Of a stretch of DNA of 64,000 nt, positions 56,311-64,000 are shown one piece after another. The stretch lies in the UHGV virus genome UHGV-2031204; one strand, given 5' to 3'. Positions within the stretch are counted from its first letter, which is position 1; each line of letters begins with the position of its first letter. Under the pieces are notes generated by a model that saw only the letters and a program-made list of their open reading frames with translations, was not told the origin of the DNA and did no database searches. A program made the translations under genes and the position numbers. The stretch comes from a virus.

Positions 56311-57106
56311 GTGGATGGGTGGGAAAACACGCGTTTTAGGGGAATTACAAAAGGTCTTACCTAAACGTACAACCTTTGTAGAACCGTTTGTGGGTGCAGG
56401 GTCTGTTTTCCTAAATACGAATTACAGCCGGTATATTTTATCGGATTCTAACCCCGATTTGATACGCTTACTTTGTGTTGCGCGTGAACAGCCTGAAGAA
56501 CTGATCGCCGCGTCGCAGCCGTTGTTCTTAGACGGTAATACCGCCGTAAAGTATATGGAACGTCGTGAGCTCTTTAATAGCGGTAAATCGATGTCAGAAG
56601 TTGAACGGGCAGCGATGTTTTTATACTTAATGCGTCACGGCTATAACGGGATGTGTCGCTATAACAGTAGTGGTGGGTTCAATGTTCCGTTTGGTCGTTA
56701 CCCGAATGGGGTTTATTACCCATTAGAAGAAATTCGGGATTGGGCTAAACGTTGCGCAGAAGTTGATTATCTGGAAATTGTTTGTGAGGACTTTCGTTCT
56801 GTATTAGCGCGGACACCTGAGGATGCTGTGATTTATGCTGATCCTCCTTATATTCCGTTATCGGATACCGCGAAACATGCGCAATACCACCGTAAAGAAT
56901 TCTCACAAACGGATCATCGAGAATTAGCCAAGTTACTACAGCAGCAGGTGGAACGTGGCAACAGCGTCGTGCTGTCAAATGCAGACACCCTGCTCACCCG
57001 AGAAATTTATTACGGTTTTGAGTGGCGCAGTATTGAGGTCGGTCGCTATATGGGTGCGTCTGGTGCCGCTCGGAAAACAGTGACTGAACTACTGGGAGTG
57101 CTCTAA
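56291..57106 (+). CDS. dam: DNA adenine (N6) methyltransferase, Dam family
   Basis: KWMGGK, EPFVGAGSVFLNT, LYLMRHGYNGMCRYN..GGFNVPFGRY and the catalytic DPPY are all present and collinear with E. coli Dam (comparison from memory). Confidence 0.9.
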   Translation: MRKPIIKWMGGKTRVLGELQKVLPKRTTFVEPFVGAGSVFLNTNYSRYILSDSNPDLIRLLCVAREQPEELIAASQPLFLDGNTAVKYMERRELFNSGKSMSEVERAAMFLYLMRHGYNGMCRYNSSGGFNVPFGRYPNGVYYPLEEIRDWAKRCAEVDYLEIVCEDFRSVLARTPEDAVIYADPPYIPLSDTAKHAQYHRKEFSQTDHRELAKLLQQQVERGNSVVLSNADTLLTREIYYGFEWRSIEVGRYMGASGAARKTVTELLGVL

Positions 57107-57879
57107 TGCGCATAGTGGATATCCACGATTATCGTAATGACCATTTAGCAATTGGTGTGGACGGGAAAATGGTTTCACTAACCCGTGTACGGAAAGGGTT
57201 ATTGGAAAAGGACGTCATACGCGAGTCTGAAGACCCGACCTTTATCATTCTTTCGAACACGAATCAGCTACAAGGAATCTTCTCCGGTCGTGTCGATGGT
57301 AAGTTTTTCTACATGTCGGCAATCGTTGTGTTTGCGAAGAAGAAAATTAATTTCGCACAACTCAAACGTTTGTTAAAAGTGGAGATGTTTGATGTCACAT
57401 ACCCTGCCAATGACCTAAAACGTCGTGACCAGTTAATGGTGTATTTGGGTATGCAGCCGACGTCCATCGACTATGACCTGACGTTTACTGAAGAACCCGA
57501 AGTTCGCACCGATTTACCTGATGTAGTTGATATTGAATCTCTAACGTTAGAAGAAACGTTTACGATCCCTAAGGTGGTTAATGTCAGTTTGGATACATAC
57601 TGCCTGGGATTGTTAGCTATTGGGGCTGCTGAGGGGCTGTGCTGTCGTAAAGACGGTAAAGTTGAAGGTATCTTAGTCTATTCGAAAATCAACGAAAAGA
57701 CGTTTGCAACCGAAGGTTTCTTCTATAACGACTGTACATACGGGATTGCGCTCTTGACCACATACTACCGTATTGCGTATTTAAAGGGTGCATCCGTGCG
57801 TCTTACTTTTCCATACTCAGCACCTCCAGCAATGTCTGGTGTTGAAGTAGAAGCATTAACTGGCCATTTTATCTTTTAA
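57106..57879 (+). CDS. hypothetical protein
   Basis: 257-aa ORF; start overlaps the dam stop. Confidence 0.8.
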   Translation: MRIVDIHDYRNDHLAIGVDGKMVSLTRVRKGLLEKDVIRESEDPTFIILSNTNQLQGIFSGRVDGKFFYMSAIVVFAKKKINFAQLKRLLKVEMFDVTYPANDLKRRDQLMVYLGMQPTSIDYDLTFTEEPEVRTDLPDVVDIESLTLEETFTIPKVVNVSLDTYCLGLLAIGAAEGLCCRKDGKVEGILVYSKINEKTFATEGFFYNDCTYGIALLTTYYRIAYLKGASVRLTFPYSAPPAMSGVEVEALTGHFIF

Positions 57880-57888
57880 GGACATTGA

Positions 57889-58116
57889 ATGGAAATCAAA
57901 CGTATTGTAACCAAAGACAAAAAGATTACTTATGTTGCAGGCGATAACGAATTCTCGGCGGTTATTAATGACGAGAACGTGCTGATTATCGGTTATCCAG
58001 GTAAAGTCATTACTCGTAGCCATCAGCGCGTGATTGACAAACTCATCGCCAAAGCAAAAGCACGCGATGGTGTTGGTTCAGTACAAACCCATACCGGGTT
58101 AACGTTGGCACTCTAG
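57889..58116 (+). CDS. hypothetical small protein
   Basis: 75-aa ORF with aaggacattga RBS. Confidence 0.65.
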   Translation: MEIKRIVTKDKKITYVAGDNEFSAVINDENVLIIGYPGKVITRSHQRVIDKLIAKAKARDGVGSVQTHTGLTLAL

Positions 58117-58154
58117 CCAGCAGGTAATATGACCTCTTAACTGGAGACTTAGAG

Positions 58155-58661
58155 ATGAAAGAGACTCTGGATTTTAATCAGCTGGAGCAGCACGATTTTG
58201 ATCTCGGTGTTCGCAACTTAGAAGCTGACTACGAAACACGTTGTAAAGAATTCTTTAATCGCTACGGGCAATTGATTACCGGGGCGTCTGAAGACACCGA
58301 ATTCTCGTTAGACGATTTCGAAAAGATTCTGTCTTGCTTTATCACCGACAGCTTAGCGAAACAGGCGTTGCTGGTAGAACAGAACCTGCAAATGGTGGAG
58401 CCTACGGATGCTCACGCCGTACTAAAAGAATCCATTATTCCGAATGACGAAATTATGGATGCGGTAGCAGGTATTCGCGGTACGTTCGACACAGCTGTGG
58501 AAGACTATACCGAACAGCTTCGTGAGTCTGGGTTAACGTTGTGTGCACCTGCGGGCGAACAGTTACCTTCTGAAGAAGAAACGGAAGAAGCACGCAGTCG
58601 CTTAGCGCGCTATGTGATTACTTCTATTTTAGTAGACGATCGCGAAGAAAACGTACTGTAA
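58155..58661 (+). CDS. hypothetical acidic protein
   Basis: 168-aa ORF, D/E-rich; terminator follows. Confidence 0.75.
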   Translation: MKETLDFNQLEQHDFDLGVRNLEADYETRCKEFFNRYGQLITGASEDTEFSLDDFEKILSCFITDSLAKQALLVEQNLQMVEPTDAHAVLKESIIPNDEIMDAVAGIRGTFDTAVEDYTEQLRESGLTLCAPAGEQLPSEEETEEARSRLARYVITSILVDDREENVL

Positions 58662-58665
58662 ACTT

Positions 58666-58706
58666 CCCCTCTCTCCGTTTGGAGAGAGGGAGTATTTATT
58701 TTTACG
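58666..58706 (+). terminator. intrinsic terminator
   Basis: cccctctctccgtttggagagaggg followed by a T-rich tract; identical stem-loop recurs at 59713. Confidence 0.75.
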
Positions 58707-58759
58707 CTTTCGTGTCTAATTATGCACACGTAAACAAAATTAATTGAGGAACAGCTTAA

Positions 58760-59077
58760 ATGTGGTTAAGTGCGATTCACCGTGATTTACCAAAACAAGA
58801 AATGGTATTTACCGTTGGGGAACCAGCAACTGTAGTAGGTGTTGCTAAGTTCGAAAGGGTAGAAGAAGGTCAATTCGTCGTAGTGGACGACAACGAAAAC
58901 GAATTCATGCTGTTCCACCCTGAGGTCGATACCTCTGAAATCTGTGAGGGTTCTCTTTTGTTATCCTGGCAAAACCCTGAAACTAAAGAATGGAAGTGGT
59001 GCGTTGCTAAACCGACAAATGAAGCCGGAACCGCATACGTGTTTGGGGAAATTTATGTCGAGCCAGAACCACACTAA
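58760..59077 (+). CDS. hypothetical protein
   Basis: 105-aa ORF with gaggaacagc RBS. Confidence 0.7.
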   Translation: MWLSAIHRDLPKQEMVFTVGEPATVVGVAKFERVEEGQFVVVDDNENEFMLFHPEVDTSEICEGSLLLSWQNPETKEWKWCVAKPTNEAGTAYVFGEIYVEPEPH

Positions 59078-59363
59078 TGCTGATGAGACTAATTTACAGC
59101 GTTTGCAACGGGTACTAACTGCACCGCTAGGTGGTGAGATTCACGAACGTTGGGTAATTGCGAGGGTAGTAGAAATTGACTATTCTCGAGATCAGTTGCT
59201 GTTAAATAACTGCTCGACGAACGTGCCTTTCACGTTATCGCGTGCTGTATTCCGCCTTACGCCCAACGTTGATGAAATACTGACTATTGACAGGAAGCTT
59301 CTATCGATAGAGCTTCAGCATTTCCCGCTACCTGGTAAGTCGGTTAATATTGCGCTGTGTTAA
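59055..59363 (+). CDS. hypothetical protein
   Basis: ATG at 59055 overlapping the end of the upstream gene; the upstream in-frame extension to 58944 is probably not used. Confidence 0.55.
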   Translation: MSSQNHTNADETNLQRLQRVLTAPLGGEIHERWVIARVVEIDYSRDQLLLNNCSTNVPFTLSRAVFRLTPNVDEILTIDRKLLSIELQHFPLPGKSVNIALC

Positions 59364-59380
59364 TGACAGTCTAAAAAACT

Positions 59381-59405
59381 TAAGATATATTTCATCTATG
59401 TGAGA
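59381..59405 (+). promoter_or_regulatory. degenerate copy of the promoter-like motif, overlapping a perfect palindrome
   Basis: taagatatatttcatctatgtgaga shares the GATATAT and GTGAGA blocks; GTGAGAATTCTCAC (59398-59411) is a perfect 14-bp palindrome; about 30 nt before the ATG at 59437. Confidence 0.35.
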
Positions 59406-59436
59406 ATTCTCACTTAACTAAATGGAGTAATCTAAA

Positions 59437-59706
59437 ATGGCTAAGATTTACATTGTTGAGAAACGTGCGGCTAATGTTCTTTCTTATTACGAAGAAGGTA
59501 AGCCTGAGAAAATCAAAACACTCAAACTCGACGGGTATGATGTGAAGAGTTTACGTAAGGGTGTGAAGATTACCTTTAAAGGTCTGACTCGCGTAAGTAA
59601 CTTACACATTGTTAAAGCCGATGGTACGATGGTTGCGTTAGCACCTGTCAGTGCTGCGAAAACGACAGCAGGTCGTGGCTGCTACGGTAGCAGTCGTAAG
59701 ATTTAA
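59437..59706 (+). CDS. hypothetical protein
   Basis: 89-aa ORF with aatggagtaatc RBS; terminator follows. Confidence 0.7.
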   Translation: MAKIYIVEKRAANVLSYYEEGKPEKIKTLKLDGYDVKSLRKGVKITFKGLTRVSNLHIVKADGTMVALAPVSAAKTTAGRGCYGSSRKI

Positions 59707-59712
59707 GCAGTG

Positions 59713-59752
59713 CCCCTCTCTCCGTTTGGAGAGAGGGTACTTTTATTTTTAT
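59713..59752 (+). terminator. intrinsic terminator (copy of the 58666 hairpin)
   Basis: cccctctctccgtttggagagaggg followed by a T-rich tract. Confidence 0.75.
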
Positions 59753-59764
59753 TCGAGGTGTGTG

Positions 59765-60253
59765 ATGACAACAGTTTTAGTAACAAAGGATTACATTTTA
59801 GCCGATCGGTTGGTTGACTACGGCGGTACAGTTAAAGCGGCACCTAAATTACACAAGTACAAAAACAAATTCGTTGTTTATACTGGGGAACGCATATTGG
59901 ACTCGGATCTCTGGAAAAAGACGATAATGGTCGCAGCAGAAAAATATTTGATTGAAGAAAAGCGAGCCAAGATTGAAGGGTTATTTAAAGATCTTATCGA
60001 AAAAGAACAGTTTTACGATCAGATTATTATTTTTACAGCCGAGGAAACACACTGGCTCGGGCTGCTAGAGGGTAAATTTGAATCTCGTGTACTGAATAAA
60101 AACACGGTTTGGGCAACGGGTTCAGGTCAAGCTTTTGCTCGTGCGGCCTGGGCATCTGGTATAAGCGAAAAGAATATTATTCCTTTAGTAGGATCTATTG
60201 ATACCGCCACATCGGAGACGTATGACTTATTTTACAGGAAGCACTTACGATGA
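59765..60253 (+). CDS. hypothetical protein
   Basis: ATG at 59765 just after the terminator; the track start at 59651 would read through the terminator hairpin. Confidence 0.75.
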   Translation: MTTVLVTKDYILADRLVDYGGTVKAAPKLHKYKNKFVVYTGERILDSDLWKKTIMVAAEKYLIEEKRAKIEGLFKDLIEKEQFYDQIIIFTAEETHWLGLLEGKFESRVLNKNTVWATGSGQAFARAAWASGISEKNIIPLVGSIDTATSETYDLFYRKHLR

Positions 60254-60771
60254 AGATAAACGCTGTCTTAATTGGCGATGAAATATTCGTTAATACAAAA
60301 ACACAACATTTGTATTACGAAGGTATTACTGTAATAGACGATTATTACGGTAAGTACGGTTGGTGGATTCCGTCCCCTAATTCTTTACGATTAGAAGAAG
60401 CATTAACTGCTGAAGAGAACAAACTGGAAAAGGAGTGGTGCTATATCAGTTCCGTAATTGACGTCAGTGGTCGAATTAAAGATGTTTACTGGGCTAAGGA
60501 ATCAGGGTGGCGGGTTACACTTCACCAATCTGCACCAGTAAGACTGCTGTACGACCACTCGGACACATCGGAGTTAGCGTTTACCATTGAGACGCTCTCG
60601 CTACGTAAAGATTTAGATAACGTGGGTAAAGGGAAGTGGTCTATTGAACGCGTGGAGGAGATTCTCAGTCACTTTAAAGCCAACAACAAATTTAAACCTT
60701 GGTGTACATTACCTGAGTTAGTAGAAGAGTTGAAAAAGCGGGATTGCAAACCGCTACCTTTTAACCCGTAG
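60250..60771 (+). CDS. hypothetical protein
   Basis: 173-aa ORF; start overlaps the upstream stop. Confidence 0.8.
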   Translation: MKINAVLIGDEIFVNTKTQHLYYEGITVIDDYYGKYGWWIPSPNSLRLEEALTAEENKLEKEWCYISSVIDVSGRIKDVYWAKESGWRVTLHQSAPVRLLYDHSDTSELAFTIETLSLRKDLDNVGKGKWSIERVEEILSHFKANNKFKPWCTLPELVEELKKRDCKPLPFNP

Positions 60772-60816
60772 TCTTTTTTACAACTGCGGCTATTTTAATG
60801 ATTAGGAGAAAAGAAA

Positions 60817-61281
60817 ATGAAATGTTTTGAATCTAAAGAAATTGTTGAGTTGTTTAAGCAGCGTGAGAAAACCGCTTTCCGTGACCTGTACGATTCTGAT
60901 TATCGTCCACTGTTTGCGGTATTGTTGAAACTGGATAAAGAACCCGAAGTCGCGTTAGCAGAGGTACAGCACCACCACGTCAGTTTCGTATTAACCGAAA
61001 ACATGAGCCGGTGGGTAGATGCTATGCTGATCCGTATCGGGCTCTTGGAAACGCCGCACCGTTGGGAAGTGGTTATTCAGAAATCATTATTCCCACGGGA
61101 AGACATTTTTAACAAATATCGTCCGAAACAGTATTACAACCACGACGGGTCGCCAAAACGTGCTTTTCTGGCACCACAACACTTCGTAACCTACGTAACG
61201 TTGCGTTACAAAGACACCGTGGTACCGTTTGACACCTACCTGGAAATGCGTGAGATAATTTTAGGGAAGAATCCGTCATGA
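60817..61281 (+). CDS. hypothetical protein
   Basis: 154-aa ORF with ttaggagaaaag RBS. Confidence 0.8.
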   Translation: MKCFESKEIVELFKQREKTAFRDLYDSDYRPLFAVLLKLDKEPEVALAEVQHHHVSFVLTENMSRWVDAMLIRIGLLETPHRWEVVIQKSLFPREDIFNKYRPKQYYNHDGSPKRAFLAPQHFVTYVTLRYKDTVVPFDTYLEMREIILGKNPS

Positions 61282-61760
61282 TTCAATTTTCTGTTGACGC
61301 AGAAAGATTGGCGTCATTTAAAGAGCGTGCTCAGTTTGCAGTTAAAAACGGCTATATTGAAAAAGGAGTTCGCGACACCTGTAAACTAATCAACGACCAT
61401 CCGCACCTGGCGACAATGTGGAGTTGTGAAGGTCACGGTATGTATTCTAAGTCACCTGGAAATTTGCATATCGTTTTTGCAACAGACGCTATTGGAAGTC
61501 AGATTCCAATGCAGGTTATGACCGAACTTGCAAAATCAGATTTACCGAATTTCTGGAATCTTAGTTTGTGTCGTCTTTATATACCTGACGCATACACGGA
61601 TTTGGTATATCTTGAACCTGACTATGGATTGAATACCGACGACACTTCTTACTGGTCTTGGAAAATCGGATACATGTGCTTGATTAATCGCCCTGCGTTA
61701 GTTGAGACACGTCAAGCTCTTTATAAAGCATTTCACACCGTATTAGTTGAGAATAAATAA
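61278..61760 (+). CDS. hypothetical protein
   Basis: 160-aa ORF; overlapping start/stop. Confidence 0.8.
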   Translation: MIQFSVDAERLASFKERAQFAVKNGYIEKGVRDTCKLINDHPHLATMWSCEGHGMYSKSPGNLHIVFATDAIGSQIPMQVMTELAKSDLPNFWNLSLCRLYIPDAYTDLVYLEPDYGLNTDDTSYWSWKIGYMCLINRPALVETRQALYKAFHTVLVENK

Positions 61761-62452
61761 TGGCTACCAAACAAAAGAAACCTCGTAACAAAAAGTATAA
61801 CCCGAAAGCGGCTGCTAACCGTACTGCGCACACCATTGCTGAGAATGCGCTAAACCGCATTACTTTCGTCGGTAGCTCAATTCGTCCTATCGGCCCGTAC
61901 GCAGGTCGTGGTTTCCAGTTTACAACGTCACCGCGTATGCGCATGGCAGCCACCGACATGTTAATCGGTGGTTTGTTTGACGAACCGCGTAACTGGAAAC
62001 TTTGGGTTGCACATCTGTACGAAACAGATAACGGTGTACAAGCAGAAACCATCGTTGCAACGCTTGACGACTACACGTTAAGTGATTTCTGTCAACACGG
62101 TGACAAAATCATCAAGTCGCTACGTGAGACGGAAGAAAACTATTTCGGTTACGCTTTCGTTGCTGCACCTAACGAACGTTATGATTTCGACCAGGGAGAA
62201 GAACGCTTACTGGAAAACTTCATGCATTCGGGTCTGTTAGACAAATCCTTACACTTACCTGAAGAAGAACTGATGGTTTCGCGTAAGGATATGGTAACGT
62301 TGCTGTTAGCCGATCGTGGTCGTTTTGATGTTACCGAATCCCATGTACGTAAAGTACAGAAACTCGTGGATAAGGTAGACGAAACTGACCTGGACACTAG
62401 CGAAGCCGCAACCCGTATCCAATCGGTAGTCAATCAGGAAGAGGATTACTAA
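61760..62452 (+). CDS. hypothetical protein with basic N-terminus
   Basis: 230-aa ORF; N-terminus MATKQKKPRNKKYNPK. Confidence 0.8.
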   Translation: MATKQKKPRNKKYNPKAAANRTAHTIAENALNRITFVGSSIRPIGPYAGRGFQFTTSPRMRMAATDMLIGGLFDEPRNWKLWVAHLYETDNGVQAETIVATLDDYTLSDFCQHGDKIIKSLRETEENYFGYAFVAAPNERYDFDQGEERLLENFMHSGLLDKSLHLPEEELMVSRKDMVTLLLADRGRFDVTESHVRKVQKLVDKVDETDLDTSEAATRIQSVVNQEEDY

Positions 62453-62454
62453 AC

Positions 62455-62976
62455 GTGATAGCGCGACTTGCGAGTTGGTTTAAGCAACGTCGGGCAAAGG
62501 CGGTCGAATGGCCGCCTATTACGCACGATGAAAAGGTGATTGCTTTTCTGAATTATAACAAAGACTTGAAGAGATTGGGCGAAATAATGCACCTAAAGGA
62601 AACCCAAGTCTTTGCTAAGATTTCAAGTAGTGCTTTACGTAAACAGGTAATTCCCCACCTATCCTTTTCAGGGCAGGTTTATGCAATAACCGCAGAGAAA
62701 TTTTTATCGATGGCGGGCAATGAAACCCCACACATACGGTTCTCGGTTACAGATTCATCTGATGCGGTCGGTACCGTTGATTTCGGACGATTCTATCGAT
62801 GCATTAAAGACGTGGGCCATATACATGTTAAACGGGTATCAGAAACTTCTGTAGTGATTTATCACCGTACTGAGAATGATTTGTTAGGGCGTGTTATAAC
62901 GTTAACAAATTTACATAGTTTTTACGTTGATTTACTCACTGAGTTTTATCCAGAACCATGGTGTTTTATACGATGA
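62455..62976 (+). CDS. hypothetical protein
   Basis: 173-aa ORF with GTG start. Confidence 0.7.
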   Translation: MIARLASWFKQRRAKAVEWPPITHDEKVIAFLNYNKDLKRLGEIMHLKETQVFAKISSSALRKQVIPHLSFSGQVYAITAEKFLSMAGNETPHIRFSVTDSSDAVGTVDFGRFYRCIKDVGHIHVKRVSETSVVIYHRTENDLLGRVITLTNLHSFYVDLLTEFYPEPWCFIR

Positions 62977-63185
62977 ACAGAGCTAATGGATATATCATCT
63001 CGGCAATTGTTTCAACCGTGCTGATTGTGACGATGTTGATGTTTTATGTCCGAGTGTCAGATGACTCACGCAAAGAAAGTCTTTATCGTGAATGTATGTC
63101 GGGAACGTCCGTGGACAATCCGCGTTACAGCGAATTAGTAATAGCGTGCACAGAACATGCTAAGCTAATGGGAGATGGTCGATGA
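62958..63185 (+). CDS. small membrane protein
   Basis: 75-aa ORF; hydrophobic segment ISAIVSTVLIVTMLMFYV. Confidence 0.6.
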   Translation: MVFYTMNRANGYIISAIVSTVLIVTMLMFYVRVSDDSRKESLYRECMSGTSVDNPRYSELVIACTEHAKLMGDGR

Positions 63186-63379
63186 AAATTTGGTTACCGA
63201 TTGTAGCTTTTATTCTTATCGCAGGGGCACTAGCAAGTGCCGAGTGTGACAATCGTGTTTTAGAAAAGAAAAGCGAATTGTATCTGGATTGCATAAAGGA
63301 TTACACGCCAGGTACAGAGCTTCATGCGCAGGCTGTAAAAAGTTGTGCGTTGATGGCTGAATCGCAGACCCGTTCCTAA
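63182..63379 (+). CDS. small protein with N-terminal hydrophobic/signal-like segment
   Basis: 65-aa ORF; N-terminus MKIWLPIVAFILIAGALASA. Confidence 0.6.
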   Translation: MKIWLPIVAFILIAGALASAECDNRVLEKKSELYLDCIKDYTPGTELHAQAVKSCALMAESQTRS

Positions 63380-63753
63380 TGCGTATCTGGACGTTACAAC
63401 TCGCTAAGTGGCGGTTAGCTAAGCAGAAAGGATTTCACGCAGTGGATATCACTGTGAAGTCAGGGCGAAAGGAACTCGCCCCCGACTGGGATTTCCTAAT
63501 GGCGTACAAAGCCTCTGCCCAGGACGCTGTCGCTGAACGTGAGTACACGATAAAGTATTTGTACAAACTCGAACGACTGTTAGATACCGATGCCGAAGTT
63601 TTAGTGTCATTACTCAGACACGAAGACTTGGTTTTGATGTGTTATTGTCCCGCAGGTAAGTTTTGTCATCGCCACCTACTGGCAAGTAAACTTCAAGAGG
63701 TGGGAATGATGTTCGGTTTTGACGTTGAGTTATGTGGAGAATTAATCGAATGA
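63379..63753 (+). CDS. hypothetical protein
   Basis: 124-aa ORF; start overlaps the upstream stop. Confidence 0.75.
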   Translation: MRIWTLQLAKWRLAKQKGFHAVDITVKSGRKELAPDWDFLMAYKASAQDAVAEREYTIKYLYKLERLLDTDAEVLVSLLRHEDLVLMCYCPAGKFCHRHLLASKLQEVGMMFGFDVELCGELIE

Positions 63754-64000
63754 AAGTAAAAGCAGAAATAACGGTGATACCTGAAAGACAAGATATTAAA
63801 GTTAAAGGGTTATTATTGACATTACCTCGTTCAGATTTCTACGATCCTGAAAACCCCGCCGCAGCGTTTGCACGCCTACTAAGATATCACATGAGCGTTT
63901 GTGAGGCTATTAAAGATCCTACAAAATTCAATTCTGACTTTCCAAAAACTGTCAGAATTGAATTTTCTGGTGGTCATCTTACTGACATTATGGTGACAGC
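63750..64000 (+). CDS. hypothetical protein, 5' portion (continues beyond window end)
   Basis: ATG at 63750 overlapping the upstream stop; frame stays open to the end of the window. Confidence 0.65.
   Translation, partial: MKVKAEITVIPERQDIKVKGLLLTLPRSDFYDPENPAAAFARLLRYHMSVCEAIKDPTKFNSDFPKTVRIEFSGGHLTDIMVT

Overview
The window reads as a densely packed stretch of a large virulent dsDNA phage genome (host probably an enterobacterium, judged from an E. coli-like Dam methylase and host-like codon usage in a few genes). No database search or computation was possible, so all functional calls rest on motifs read directly from the translations. About 75 protein-coding genes are supported, mostly on the + strand, with four isolated minus-strand units (3280-5061, 8643-12895, 28651-30213, 38475-41192). 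Recognisable products: dihydrofolate reductase, Dam-type N6-adenine methyltransferase, a thymidylate-kinase-like P-loop kinase, three GNAT-type acetyltransferase domains, a RuvC-like resolvase, a DEDD-type exonuclease-domain protein, an M48-like HExxH metalloprotease and an XRE-type HTH regulator. Three genes (15612-16883, 16966-18231, 30764-33058) have strikingly host-optimised codon usage and are probably very abundant proteins, most likely virion components. Many genes are bracketed by stem-loop/T-tract terminators, some in near-identical copies. Two signals stand out as candidates for undescribed biology: a ~24-nt conserved promoter-like motif recurring directly after terminators, and a tandem array at 27.7-28.6 kb of diverged small-ORF cassettes separated by hairpins whose structure is preserved by compensatory changes. 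No rRNA, tRNA, CRISPR array, integrase or transposase was recognised.
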